The notes under the pieces were generated by a model, which saw only the letters and a list, made by a program, of their open reading frames with translations, did not search any database and was not told the origin of the DNA. A stretch of DNA of 64,000 nt. It comes from Gammaproteobacteria bacterium (GTDB taxonomy: Bacteria > Pseudomonadota > Gammaproteobacteria > Steroidobacterales > Rariloculaceae). Positions 8,671 to 18,666 of this stretch are shown here, in pieces; within the stretch, counting starts at the first letter, position 1, and the number at the start of each line of letters is the position of its first letter. The position numbers and the translations under genes were made by a program. The stretch spans positions 4,922,205 through 4,986,204 of the forward strand of contig OY761822.1 of the NCBI GenBank assembly GCA_963664945.1, written 5' to 3'.

Positions 8671-10440
8671 ATGAACAAGGCGATATTGGCACCCGTATTG
8701 GGAATTGCCCTGTGGTCGTGCACAGACGGCTCCGTCGACGAGGAACTGACCGTCGCGGAACTCTCCGAACATGGCCGCGAACTCTACTTTCTGGCCGACT
8801 CCTGCGTGGAATGCCACGGGGCGGACGGCAGCGGCGGCCTGGCCGCACCCCCGCTGGACGCCGGCATCACGCCGCGGGCGATCGACTACCAGCTTCGCAC
8901 CAACCCCGAGATGGCCGAATTGGCCGATGTGCTCCAGGCGACGCAGCAGGATCTGCTGGCTCTGTCCGTCTTCGTCAGGGAACTGACGGGCGAGCCGACG
9001 GTCTCCATCGACGTGGCGGCGCTCGCGACCGAAGCACCCGTTGCCGAGGCGAATGACCCGACGGCGGAACAGGCTGCCGATGCCGGCACCGCGGTCGCAG
9101 CAGGAAGCGAACGGCTCGCCATGCTCAGGGCCGTCGAGGACTTCTCGGTGGTCGTGGACACCTGGGAGCGGCGGGCCCGGGAGGGCAGCCTGATGCGAAC
9201 CTACGAAGTCACCGTGGCCGCCGAATTCGACCCCGGTGAGCAGAAATTCACGCCCGAGCCCGGCAAGACCTATTTCTACGAGAACGCCGGTACGCGGGGC
9301 ACCCGCAATGTCCAGACCGGCGAAACCTTTTCGCCCGAGGGCATGAAGGTCGTGGTGGGCGACGCCGAAACCCATGAGGTCATCGCCCATTACGAGATCG
9401 CCCCCGAGCTGCGCAGTTCCATGCATTCCACGGCGGTCTCCCCGGACGGACGCTACGTCTACATCTCCGGAGCGGCGCCGAACACCGAAACGGAGCCACA
9501 GGGGGCTGCGCCGGGCCTGTCCCGCGCAGCATCGAGCGTGCTCAAGGTCGATGCGCTCACACTGCAGCCGGTGAGGCAACTGGGTGTGGGCGGGCGCATG
9601 CACCACGCGCAGGTCTTTCAGGATCGTTACATGCTGATCGATACGTTCGCCCAGGATCCGGACGGACTGACGGCGTATCTCTTCGACCCGGAAACCGACC
9701 GGATCATCGGCGGGGTTCACGAAGAGGACCTGGGCGGCAACGCCTATACGGCCTGGACCGACAACGAGTTCATCTACATCATCATGGAACCCGCCGGTTA
9801 CGGGTTCCAGGCGGCACGCAGGCACATGTACGGCGAACTGACCGTGGTGCCCACGTCCTGGGTGGCCCGGCTGGACCCGAAGACCTGGGAAGTCCTGCAG
9901 GAGTACCCGCACCCCGGCCATCGCGCCGACTGGATCTGCTTCGATCACGACGGCAGCCACATGTACGTGCCGGCCACCGGCAACAACGTGGTGAGTCGTA
10001 TCAATACCGATACCGGCGAGATCTCGTGGACGCGCCCAACCGGTCCCGGTCCCTACGGCTGCGCCGTCAACGCGGACGCAAGCGAAGTCTGGATCGCCGA
10101 CAAGGGCGAGTCCACGGGCATGGTGGGCGGGCGCACGGTCACCGTCTACGAAACCGAGTCCGGCAGAAGCATCGACACGCTGTTCTCGGCGTACCACGTG
10201 GATCACATTCTGCTCTCACCCGACGGCAGCGAGTTCTGGGCGACCAGCAACTACGAGGGCGCCATCTACGTCTTCGACGCCGTCACGCGCGAGCAGACGG
10301 AGATCATCGACATACCGGGCGGCGGCGACCTTCACGGCCTGGTCTGGGTGCATTACGACGAAGACGGCGTCGGCCGGGTCGTGCGCGATCAGGGCGGTTT
10401 CCATAACGGCGCCGATCCGCGGCCTGCCGACAGCGGTTAA
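8671..10440 (+). CDS. lipoprotein with N-terminal c-type cytochrome and C-terminal YVTN/cd1-like beta-propeller
   Basis: Lipobox LWSC, CVECH heme motif, and repeated propeller blades (VSPDGRYVY, LSPDGSEFW, DHDGSHMYV). Confidence 0.8.
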   Translation: MNKAILAPVLGIALWSCTDGSVDEELTVAELSEHGRELYFLADSCVECHGADGSGGLAAPPLDAGITPRAIDYQLRTNPEMAELADVLQATQQDLLALSVFVRELTGEPTVSIDVAALATEAPVAEANDPTAEQAADAGTAVAAGSERLAMLRAVEDFSVVVDTWERRAREGSLMRTYEVTVAAEFDPGEQKFTPEPGKTYFYENAGTRGTRNVQTGETFSPEGMKVVVGDAETHEVIAHYEIAPELRSSMHSTAVSPDGRYVYISGAAPNTETEPQGAAPGLSRAASSVLKVDALTLQPVRQLGVGGRMHHAQVFQDRYMLIDTFAQDPDGLTAYLFDPETDRIIGGVHEEDLGGNAYTAWTDNEFIYIIMEPAGYGFQAARRHMYGELTVVPTSWVARLDPKTWEVLQEYPHPGHRADWICFDHDGSHMYVPATGNNVVSRINTDTGEISWTRPTGPGPYGCAVNADASEVWIADKGESTGMVGGRTVTVYETESGRSIDTLFSAYHVDHILLSPDGSEFWATSNYEGAIYVFDAVTREQTEIIDIPGGGDLHGLVWVHYDEDGVGRVVRDQGGFHNGADPRPADSG

Positions 10441-10555
10441 CCCTGGCGAAGGCGGGCCCCGAGTCCCGCATTGCCTCACGGCATGCAAACAGTAGAATTT
10501 GGGTTAACGATGCCTTGCGCGTACAGTTGGCGCGCGAAACCGGGAGGGCCAAGCC

Positions 10556-11584
10556 ATAGAACCTGATACGCAACCACGATCCGGAATTGCGGTCGCGGTC
10601 ACCGTCATCGCGGTCGTCGCGGTCATTTATGGGATGCAGTCGGCGCGCGCCATACTTGTGCCCCTGCTGGTCGCCATCTTCATTTCGGTGCTTTGCGCCC
10701 CCATAACCCGCCTTCTGGAGCGAATCCGCATACCCACCGGTCTGGCCGTCACCATCGTCATCATCCTGATCATCGGCACACTGACCCTGGTCGGCACGTT
10801 TGTGGGCGGTTCGCTGGCGGCCTTTAACGATCGGCTGCCGTTCTACCAGGCACGCCTGGACGAGACATTTACGGAAATGGCTGCCATTTTCGGCCAGGAA
10901 GACATGGCCAGCCTGCTGCAGGACGTGATCCAGCCTGAAGCGGCAATGGGTGTGGTGACTACACTGTTGAACGCGGTCCAGGGCTTGCTGGCGAATTTCT
11001 TCCTGATCGCCTTCTCGGTGGTCTTCATGCTCCTGGAAGCCTCGTCGCTGCCTGCCAAGATTCGACTGGTGCTGCGCGCGTCACAGGGCGAGCCAGAGTA
11101 CTTCAGGCGATTCACCAGCAGCGTGCAACGCTACCTCGGCATCAAGTCGCTCACCAGCCTCGCCACCGGCCTGACCGTTGGCATTCTGGCCGCGGGATTT
11201 GGATTGGACTTCCCAGTGCTCTGGGGCCTGCTGGCCTTTCTGCTCAACTTCATTCCCAACATCGGATCGCTGATTGCCGCCATTCCCGCAGTATTGCTGG
11301 CGCTGATCCAGCTCGGCGGACTCAGCGCCGCGTTCATCGCGCTCGGCTACTTCGTCATCAACATTTCCATTGGCGGGGTCATCGAGCCCAGGGTCATGGG
11401 CCGCGGCCTGGGAATGTCGACTCTGGTCGTCTTTCTCTCTCTGGTCTTCTGGGGATGGGTGTTCGGGCCGATCGGGATGCTGTTGTCCGTGCCACTGACC
11501 ATGACGGCCAAGATCGCGCTTGAATCCAGCGAGAGAACCGCTGTACTGGGAGTGCTCCTGAGCAGCCCGCTCAAACGCGGCTAG
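10556..11584 (+). CDS. AI-2E family transporter (TqsA/PerM-like)
   Basis: LNFIPNIGS, IEPRVMGRGLGMS, WGWVFGPIGMLLSVP. The first ATG is at 10634, but TM1 and a GGGAGG RBS lie upstream, so an ATA start at 10556 is proposed. Confidence 0.85.
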   Translation: MEPDTQPRSGIAVAVTVIAVVAVIYGMQSARAILVPLLVAIFISVLCAPITRLLERIRIPTGLAVTIVIILIIGTLTLVGTFVGGSLAAFNDRLPFYQARLDETFTEMAAIFGQEDMASLLQDVIQPEAAMGVVTTLLNAVQGLLANFFLIAFSVVFMLLEASSLPAKIRLVLRASQGEPEYFRRFTSSVQRYLGIKSLTSLATGLTVGILAAGFGLDFPVLWGLLAFLLNFIPNIGSLIAAIPAVLLALIQLGGLSAAFIALGYFVINISIGGVIEPRVMGRGLGMSTLVVFLSLVFWGWVFGPIGMLLSVPLTMTAKIALESSERTAVLGVLLSSPLKRG

Positions 11585-12792
11585 TTCTCGTAACGCAGGG
11601 CCTCTATGGGGTCCAGGCGCGCGGCACGACGAGCCGGCCAGATGCCGAAGAACAACCCTACGCCGATGCTGAACAGAAACGCCAGCGCAACCGACTCGGG
11701 CGAGACGAAGGTCTCCCAGCCGGCGTATCGGGACAGCGCATTGGCCGCGCCCATCCCCGCGGCGATGCCTGCCAGACCGCCGAACAGGCACAGCGCAATC
11801 GATTCAACCAGGAACTGCAGCATGATGTTGGTTCGCGTGGCGCCGAGCGCCTTGCGTATGCCGATTTCGTGGGTGCGCTCGGTGACGCTGACCAGCATGA
11901 TGTTCATGATGCCGATGCCGCCGACCAGCAGACTGACTCCGGCAATACTGGCCAACAGGAACGTGAAGGTCTGCTGAGCCTCCTGCTGGGTGGCGAGAAA
12001 TTGCTTCCTGTCGATGATGGCAAAGTCGTTGGGCTGACCCGGAAGGATCTTGTGCTCCGCGCGAAGCACGCTTTCGATATCGACCATCGCCCGCTCCAGC
12101 GGCACGTCATCCACGACGCGTAGATTGACGGTTGAAATCCGGCTGTTTCCCGCCACGCGCTGCTCCGCCGTGGAAATGGGGATGTAAGACGAGTAGTCCG
12201 GGCTGGGACCGCCGGAACTTCCGATCCGCTCAAGTACGCCGATCACTTCGAAGCGCTGGTTGTTGACCATCAAGGTCTTGCCCAGCATCTCCTCCGGCGT
12301 CAACTGGAGATTGCCCGGAATATCGTTGCCCAGCACGATCACCCGCCGCAGCGCCTCGTCTTCCTCGTTGCTGAAAAAACGCCCGGCCGCGATCGGGTAA
12401 CTGAACAATTCCGCATACTGATGGGTCGTGCCTATCAGCCGGGTATTGGTGTTGTTGCCCTCGAATTCGAACTGCCCCCGGGTCTGAAGCTCCGGCACCA
12501 CCGCGTCGATGTAACGCGTGTTCTGCTCGAGGGGCTCGATATCGTCGACGGTCAGGGTCATCTGTTCCCTGGACACGCCCCTGGAGTAAAATTGCGACGA
12601 GGACAGCGACAGGATATTCGAGCCCAGTGCCGCGATCTGGTCGTCGATACGCTTCTGCGCACCCGCCCCTGCCGCCAGCATGGCGATGACCGCGCCCACA
12701 CCGATGATGATGCCCAGCGTTGTGAGCATCGAGCGGAACAGGTTGGCCCGGATCGACTGAAACGAGACGCGGATGATTTCTCCGATCAGCAT
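11581..12792 (-). CDS. MacB/FtsX-like ABC transporter permease
   Basis: RSMLTTLGIIIGV, GGIGIMNIMLVSVTERTHEIGIRKALGA, PARRAARLDPIEALRYE. Confidence 0.93.
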   Translation of the reverse strand: MLIGEIIRVSFQSIRANLFRSMLTTLGIIIGVGAVIAMLAAGAGAQKRIDDQIAALGSNILSLSSSQFYSRGVSREQMTLTVDDIEPLEQNTRYIDAVVPELQTRGQFEFEGNNTNTRLIGTTHQYAELFSYPIAAGRFFSNEEDEALRRVIVLGNDIPGNLQLTPEEMLGKTLMVNNQRFEVIGVLERIGSSGGPSPDYSSYIPISTAEQRVAGNSRISTVNLRVVDDVPLERAMVDIESVLRAEHKILPGQPNDFAIIDRKQFLATQQEAQQTFTFLLASIAGVSLLVGGIGIMNIMLVSVTERTHEIGIRKALGATRTNIMLQFLVESIALCLFGGLAGIAAGMGAANALSRYAGWETFVSPESVALAFLFSIGVGLFFGIWPARRAARLDPIEALRYEN

Positions 12793-13073
12793 GGGCTTTG
12801 ATCGCTCCAGATTTCGGCTCGACTGCGATCATAAGCCTAGCACCGACCGCCGCAGCGTCAAGGCGCCGCAACTGAAGAATTGTGGAGAACCTCCGGAGTC
12901 TCGGCCCGCGGTGGCCGGCGGATGCGATCGGCTACTCGACACATCGCGCAATTGAATTGTAGGATCGTCGTATCAGGGGAACCTCGCGAGTGGGCACGTG
13001 CAAACGCACGAATCGGTAGTGAAGGCACGACGCAGATCGGCGCCCGGCAGACTCGGCTGGAGATGACAGGACG

Positions 13074-14042
13074 ATGCGCACGGCGTTCAGAGGTTCGTTG
13101 GCCAGCATCTGCGGACTGCTGCTCGCCGCCTTCGCAGCGCCGGCCGGGCCTTTTTCGACATTGTCCATTCTCAGGCCGTACGTACCGGAATCACCTCACA
13201 AGGCCTATGGTGTCATGCTCGCGGGGCTGGGATCCGATCGTACGGCGCCGTTGCACGATTGGGTGAACAAGGCGGATCGAGCGATTCTGCAACCCTCTCG
13301 CGTTGCCCTTCCCTTCGAGTTTTCGGAGGATCTTGACGCGGCCGAAACAACAGGGTACCTGTTCTCTGCCGAGTCGGGTCGGCGCGTTCAGGTCGAGATG
13401 CTCCGGGAGAGCGACGCCGAGCACACCGAGGTGTTCGTCGACCTGTTTCGACTCGATGGCAACCTGCCGCGCTACGTGTCCAGCACACCGGCAACTCCGC
13501 CCATCGGCCCGGCGCCCTCCAGCCGGCAGATTTCACTGAACGTGATGGACGATGGCGACTACATCGTGCGTGTGCAACCCAGCCTGGAAGCACAGGCTGG
13601 CCGGTACCGCCTCGCAATTCGCCTCGAACCGCAATTGCGGTTCCCGGTTACGGGCCACGGCACCCGCTCGATCCAGAGCGGGTTCGGCGCCTCCCGGGAC
13701 GGCGGAGCCCGCGAGCACCACGGCGTCGACATCTTCGCCCCTCGGGGCACCCCGGTGACCGCCGCGCTGGACGCTCGCGTGAGCCGCGTCGACACCACCA
13801 GTCTGGGGGGCAAGGTGGTGTGGCTGCAGCCGCTGTTCGGAAGCACGCGCCTCTATTACGCACACCTGGATTCCCAGAGCGTCGAACCCGGTCAGTATGT
13901 GTTCGCCGGAGAGACCATCGGCACCGTGGGAAATACCGGCAATGCCCGCACCACGCCGCCGCACCTGCATTTTGGCGTTTACATTCGCAACCGCGGCGGC
14001 CCGCGCGATCCCTACCCGTTCCTCGCGCAGAATCGACGGTGA
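13074..14042 (+). CDS. secreted M23 family metallopeptidase with a PPC-like accessory domain
   Basis: Signal peptide; HHGVD, YYAHL, GNTGNA, PHLHF zinc motifs. Confidence 0.9.
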   Translation: MRTAFRGSLASICGLLLAAFAAPAGPFSTLSILRPYVPESPHKAYGVMLAGLGSDRTAPLHDWVNKADRAILQPSRVALPFEFSEDLDAAETTGYLFSAESGRRVQVEMLRESDAEHTEVFVDLFRLDGNLPRYVSSTPATPPIGPAPSSRQISLNVMDDGDYIVRVQPSLEAQAGRYRLAIRLEPQLRFPVTGHGTRSIQSGFGASRDGGAREHHGVDIFAPRGTPVTAALDARVSRVDTTSLGGKVVWLQPLFGSTRLYYAHLDSQSVEPGQYVFAGETIGTVGNTGNARTTPPHLHFGVYIRNRGGPRDPYPFLAQNRR

Positions 14043-14239
14043 GCCTGCGCGAACAAATCGAGCAGTCGTTGCCGGGCTGGAGCCGCTGGTACCCCAGTCT
14101 GTTCGACGCTGCCCGGGACCTGGGCATCATCCGCGCGAGAGTGTGCCCGCCGGATAGTCTTCTGCTGTCCAAACGCCATGGTAAGGTTCGCAAAGGCGCA
14201 GAGAACGCGCATCGCGAGCAGTGGGGCGGAACCGGGTAG
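14039..14239 (+). CDS. small hypothetical protein (66 aa)
   Basis: GTG overlaps the M23 stop (GTGA). Translation: MSLREQIEQSLPGWSRWYPSLFDAARDLGIIRARVC...EQWGGTG. Confidence 0.6.
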   Translation: MSLREQIEQSLPGWSRWYPSLFDAARDLGIIRARVCPPDSLLLSKRHGKVRKGAENAHREQWGGTG

Positions 14240-14265
14240 TCCAGCATGGAATTGGGGAATCAATC

Positions 14266-14862
14266 GTGAAAACAACTTTGACCGCTCTCCTGGCAGACAG
14301 AATATCGTCCTTGCGTCGCACCGCCGCGGCCTCGGCCGCATCACTTGCGCTGGCGGTCGCGGCCCTGCCCGCATGGGGTGTTGAGGCGGGCGATACCGCC
14401 CCCGCCTGGGTCGGAGCCGATGCCCGGGACCGGCAGGTGTCGTTTCCCCGGGTTCTGGAGGGAAAGCCGGCCGTCATGGTGTTCTGGGCAACCTGGTGTC
14501 CTTACTGCAAGGCATTCATGCCGTATCTTGAACCGATCCTGGACGACTACTCCGACCAGGGCGTGCAGGTGATTGCCATCAACACGCGGGAAGACGAGGC
14601 CGAAGGCGACCCCGCGGCGTACCTTGAGGATCTCGGCTTTTCTCTTCTGGGGATACTTGAAGGTGACGAAATCGCCGCCGACTACGATGTCCATTTCATA
14701 CCGGGACTGATGGTCGTGGACGGTGCCGGCGCCGTATCCTGGCGCAGGGAGTCCACGGATTTGCCGCCGGGCCGGGAGCTGGCGGAATTCTGGTCCTCGG
14801 AGGTTCGGGCGGCGCTGGACGCGGCGCTGGCATCCGCACCCTATACGTCCCCGGCGCCGTAG
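14266..14862 (+). CDS. TlpA-family thiol:disulfide oxidoreductase
   Basis: FWATWCPYC motif, N-terminal signal or anchor, and the cis-Pro region (FIPG). Confidence 0.88.
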   Translation: MKTTLTALLADRISSLRRTAAASAASLALAVAALPAWGVEAGDTAPAWVGADARDRQVSFPRVLEGKPAVMVFWATWCPYCKAFMPYLEPILDDYSDQGVQVIAINTREDEAEGDPAAYLEDLGFSLLGILEGDEIAADYDVHFIPGLMVVDGAGAVSWRRESTDLPPGRELAEFWSSEVRAALDAALASAPYTSPAP

Positions 14863-15218
14863 CGCCCGACACGGTGGCGCTTGAAGCCGCGGCACCCGGC
14901 AACGCCCCGCCAGCTACGCCGCAACAAACTGTAGTGACGGTTGCCGAGCATAAGCGTTCCGGCGCCGGGGGATGAACTGGAACCTGGCGCCTGCAAAGCA
15001 AGCCATGAAGCCAAGTTTCCGCTGGAACTGAGTCGCCATCCGCCTATTGCGGAACGATTACTGCCGAGCAGCCGCCCATACCTGCATTTTCTGAATATTG
15101 TTCTGCGGAAGTGGAATAAATACAGCCGCTTACAGGGTGTATCCTGTGCTCCCGCCCTGACTGCAATCGCGCACCCCTCGTGCGCGATTCCCGAACACGC
15201 GGCAGGTGAACGACAACA

Positions 15219-15509
15219 ATGCAGATGATCATCGCCAATCGGCTCCTTGATGGACGCGTCGTATTCCTCGACGACTCCGGCGGCTGGGTGAGCGAAATCG
15301 CCGACGGTTTGCTGCTCGCCAGCAAGCAGGCTGCGGAGCATCGGCTTCTGACGGCTCAACGGTCCGTGGAAGAAAACGTGGTGGTCGATCCTTATCTCAT
15401 CGACGTATCGGCAGATACCGGTCGGCCGCGCCCCGTCCTGGTGCGGGAACGTATCCGCGCCTTCGGTCCGTCGGTGGGCATCGTCCCGCAGAGTCACGCG
15501 GGCGGCTAG
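15219..15509 (+). CDS. DUF2849 family protein
   Basis: IIANRLLDGRVVFL, VVDPYLI, RERIRAFGPS; typical position upstream of this sulfite reductase type. Confidence 0.85.
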   Translation: MQMIIANRLLDGRVVFLDDSGGWVSEIADGLLLASKQAAEHRLLTAQRSVEENVVVDPYLIDVSADTGRPRPVLVRERIRAFGPSVGIVPQSHAGG

Positions 15510-15511
15510 CC

Positions 15512-17185
15512 GTGTACCGATACGACGAGTTTGACCACAAGCTGCTGGCAGAGCGAGTCCAGCAGTTTCGTCGCCAGGTCAAGCGGCGTCTTTCCGGTGA
15601 GCTTTCGGAGGACCAGTTCAAGCCGTTGCGGCTGATGAACGGCCTGTACATGCAGCTGCATGCCTACATGTTGCGCGTCAACATTCCCTACGGCAGCCTC
15701 TCCTCCCGGCAGATGCGGAAATTCGCCCACATCGCCCGCACCTACGACCGGGGATTCGGCCATTTCACCACGCGCCAGAACATTCAGTACAACTGGATCA
15801 AGCTGGAAGAAGTCCCGGACCTGCTGGAAGAACTGGCCGAAGTGGAAGTCACCGCGATCCAGTCATCGGGCAACTGCGTGCGCAACATCACCTCCGACCA
15901 CTACGCCGGCAGGGCCAGGGACGAGCTTGCCGACCCCCGCGTCTACTGCGAATTGCTGCGCCAGTACACGATACTGAACCCTGAGTTTTCCTACCTGCCC
16001 CGCAAGTTCAAGATTGCCATTACCGGCTCGCCCCGCGACCGCGCCGCCGTGGCCCTGCACGACATCGGCCTCAGGATGCACCGCAACGAGGCAGGGAAGA
16101 TCGGGTTTGAGGTGCTCGTCGGCGGCGGCCAGGGACGCACGCCCTTCCTCGCCCACACGATACGGGACTGGCTTGCCCCGGAGGACATGCTGTCCTACGT
16201 GGAGTCGATCCTTCGCGTCTACAACATGCACGGGCGGCGCGACAACATGCACAAGGCGCGCATCAAGATCATCGTCAACCAGATGGGGATCGAGCGCTAC
16301 CGCGAGCTGGTGGAGGCCGACTGGGAACGGATCAGGGACAGCGCGCTCAAGGTTCCCCAGGCGGAAGTCGACCGAATCGACGCCTATTTCAGGCCGCCCG
16401 AGTACGAATGCCTCGCCGACATACCCGACGAGTTGAACGAAGTCCGGTCGCGCATTCCGGAATTCGATCGGTGGATGGCCGCCAACGTCGCCGAACACCG
16501 GGTGCCCGGTTACAGCATCGTCAACCTGTCGCTGAAGGCGCCCGGCCTTCCGCCCGGCGACATGACCGCCGACACCATGGATGCCGTGGCCGACCTCGCC
16601 GACCGGTACAGCCTGGACGAGATTCGCGTGAACCACCGGCAGAACCTGAGCTTCGTGGACGTGCGTCAGCGGGACCTGTTCTCGCTCTGGAAGGAATTGA
16701 AGCTGCTCGACCTGGCCACGCCCAACATCCAGTCGGTGAGCGACATCATCTGCTGCCCCGGACTGGACTACTGCAACCTGGCCAATTCACGCTCGATACC
16801 GGTGGCCCAGGACCTCAGCCGGCATTTCGTCGATGTCGACCACCTGGCGCTGGTGGGCGACTTCACGATCAACATCTCCGGGTGCATGAACGCCTGCGGG
16901 CATCACCATGTGGGCAACATCGGCATCCTTGGAGTCAACAAGCGCGGCAAGGAGTTCTTCCAGTTGACCCTTGGCGGCTCGTCCGACGAGAATGCCTCCT
17001 TGGGCGATCGGCTCGGCCGCGCCCTGCCCCAGGACGAAGTGCCGGCCGCGGTGGAGACCATCGTGGAGGCCTATCTGGCCATGCGGTTGGACGGCGAACG
17101 GTTCCTCGACACTTACCGGCGGGTGGGAATCGCACCCTTCAGAGAGGCAGTCTACAACCCGGTACCGGCCCGAGCCGTAGCGTAA
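15512..17185 (+). CDS. cysI: siroheme/4Fe-4S sulfite (nitrite) reductase, CysI type
   Basis: MYRYDEFD, HFTTRQNIQ, LPRKFK, CPGLDYCNLA, ISGCMNACGHH. Confidence 0.92.
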   Translation: MYRYDEFDHKLLAERVQQFRRQVKRRLSGELSEDQFKPLRLMNGLYMQLHAYMLRVNIPYGSLSSRQMRKFAHIARTYDRGFGHFTTRQNIQYNWIKLEEVPDLLEELAEVEVTAIQSSGNCVRNITSDHYAGRARDELADPRVYCELLRQYTILNPEFSYLPRKFKIAITGSPRDRAAVALHDIGLRMHRNEAGKIGFEVLVGGGQGRTPFLAHTIRDWLAPEDMLSYVESILRVYNMHGRRDNMHKARIKIIVNQMGIERYRELVEADWERIRDSALKVPQAEVDRIDAYFRPPEYECLADIPDELNEVRSRIPEFDRWMAANVAEHRVPGYSIVNLSLKAPGLPPGDMTADTMDAVADLADRYSLDEIRVNHRQNLSFVDVRQRDLFSLWKELKLLDLATPNIQSVSDIICCPGLDYCNLANSRSIPVAQDLSRHFVDVDHLALVGDFTINISGCMNACGHHHVGNIGILGVNKRGKEFFQLTLGGSSDENASLGDRLGRALPQDEVPAAVETIVEAYLAMRLDGERFLDTYRRVGIAPFREAVYNPVPARAVA

Positions 17186-17679
17186 TGGCATTGCTGAAGA
17201 ACAACGCGGTGACCAAAGATCCGTTCACCGACGTTTCCGGGCAGGAGACGATTCCGGCGCAAGGCGCCATTCTGGTGGACCTGAACCAGTGGCGAACCCA
17301 CCGCGAACAGCTCCTGCGGCGACCGGACCCCGTGGGCGTCCGGCTCGGGAGCGCCGAGCCACCGGACATGATCGCCCGCGACCTGGATTCGCTGGCGATG
17401 GTGGCGCTGGAGTTCCCGGTGTTCAGGGACGGACGGGCGTATTCCTACGCGCGGCTGCTCCGCGAACAGTATCGCTTCAGAGGCGAGATCAGGGCGGTGG
17501 GCGACGTGCTGCTGGAGCAGCTTCATTTCATGGAGCGCACCGGGTTCGACGCATTCGAGTTGGAAAGCGACGACCCGGTGGGCGATATGCAAATCGCCTC
17601 TTCGGACTTCGACGTCTGGTATCAGCCGGCGGCGGACGGCCGCAAGTCGGCTGTACAGCTACGGCATTCGCACGACTGA
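17185..17679 (+). CDS. DUF934 family protein
   Basis: ATG overlaps the cysI stop; FPVFRDGRAYSYARLLR, RAVGDVL, GFDAF. Confidence 0.88.
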   Translation: MALLKNNAVTKDPFTDVSGQETIPAQGAILVDLNQWRTHREQLLRRPDPVGVRLGSAEPPDMIARDLDSLAMVALEFPVFRDGRAYSYARLLREQYRFRGEIRAVGDVLLEQLHFMERTGFDAFELESDDPVGDMQIASSDFDVWYQPAADGRKSAVQLRHSHD

Positions 17680-17772
17680 CAATCAGCCCTTCCCGGGCAC
17701 AGCCCCGAACGTCTCAATCAGGATCCGCTGTGATCGGCGACTGACTTTGAATCAGGCCTGCGGCAGTGTCCC

Positions 17773-18486
17773 TCAAAGCGGCCGGATACGGAGATTTCGG
17801 AATCGAATCAACCCGCCATTGTTCTGGAATGCAATGGGGCCGCTGGCGTGGGTGTCATCCTCCAGATCGGCCGTGAGCGTGCCATTCAACATCACGGTGA
17901 TGCGATTACCCTGCGCCGTGATCTCGTAGGTATTCCATTGCTCTTCGGTCAATACTTCGGCCATCGGCGGCTGGTGCCCCACGATCGATCCCGACCGGTT
18001 GTCCAGATTCTCGTTGGTGTCGTAGATGTTGACCTCGTAGCCGCCCATCGCGCTGATCGCCTGCGGGTCGCCGTTGCGGATGAAGATGCCGCTGTTGGAG
18101 TTCGGACCCGACCAGAATTCCGCGTGCAGCAGAAAGTCGGTGTAGTGTCCCCTCGTGACCAGGAAGGAGCCCGTGTAACCATCGGCTTCCACGTAGTCGT
18201 CGATGATGTTCCACTCGGCTTCACCGACGGCGTTGAAGGAAGTCAGGTCATGACCGGCGAAAAGAATGGCCCATTCCGGCTCGCTCAACAGGGACGCCTG
18301 CGTCGTAGTCTGGGCAATCGGCGCCGCAGGCTCCATTTCGGCGGCGTCGGTCATCGCCTCGGAGGAACCATTTTCAGCAGCCGCATCCTCGACCGCTTCG
18401 TCGCTCGCGGACATTTCCCCGGAAGGCTCGCAGGCCGCGAGAAAGAATCCGGATAGCAATAACAAAACGGTACGCGAGTAATACAT
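17773..18486 (-). CDS. DUF1080 (3-keto-disaccharide hydrolase-like) lipoprotein
   Basis: Lipobox LAAC; NSGIFIR, GYEVNI, WNTYEI, GPIAFQ, FRNLRIRPL. Confidence 0.85.
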   Translation of the reverse strand: MYYSRTVLLLLSGFFLAACEPSGEMSASDEAVEDAAAENGSSEAMTDAAEMEPAAPIAQTTTQASLLSEPEWAILFAGHDLTSFNAVGEAEWNIIDDYVEADGYTGSFLVTRGHYTDFLLHAEFWSGPNSNSGIFIRNGDPQAISAMGGYEVNIYDTNENLDNRSGSIVGHQPPMAEVLTEEQWNTYEITAQGNRITVMLNGTLTADLEDDTHASGPIAFQNNGGLIRFRNLRIRPL

Positions 18487-18666
18487 GATGTGCTCCCTCC
18501 AAGCCTCTGCCATGGTGGTTTCCAACTACAGTGCCAAGGCACAGTAGAATACACGAGTGTTCAGTTCTGCACAGTAACCGCACCCGCACATTCGCAGAAC
18601 CATCGATCGACGCGGCGGGAACGATTGGCCGGACGCAACGGACTTGCGGAATCGTCGCTGCGATTT

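Noticed and set aside
7727-8848. N-terminal extension making the TPR protein 871 aa
   Set aside because: It overlaps the VOC and cytochrome genes in antisense; the RBS and signal peptide are at 7726.
8671-10440. Nitrite reductase NirS
   Set aside because: Same architecture, but no recognisable NirS signature sequences and no heme d1 biosynthesis genes nearby.
11581-12792. Orphan MacB permease as a novel system
   Set aside because: Stand-alone paralogous permeases are common; the ATPase and adaptor are probably encoded elsewhere.
14863-15218. Possible riboswitch (cobalamin or SAM) upstream of DUF2849-cysI
   Set aside because: No convincing B12-box or SAM core by eye. The AT-rich patch at 15085-15125 could be a CysB-type site but is unsupported; an Rfam scan is needed.
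18526-18547. Imperfect palindrome CTACAGTGCCAAGGCACAGTAG upstream of the DUF1080 gene
   Set aside because: Short, single and unsupported; could be chance.
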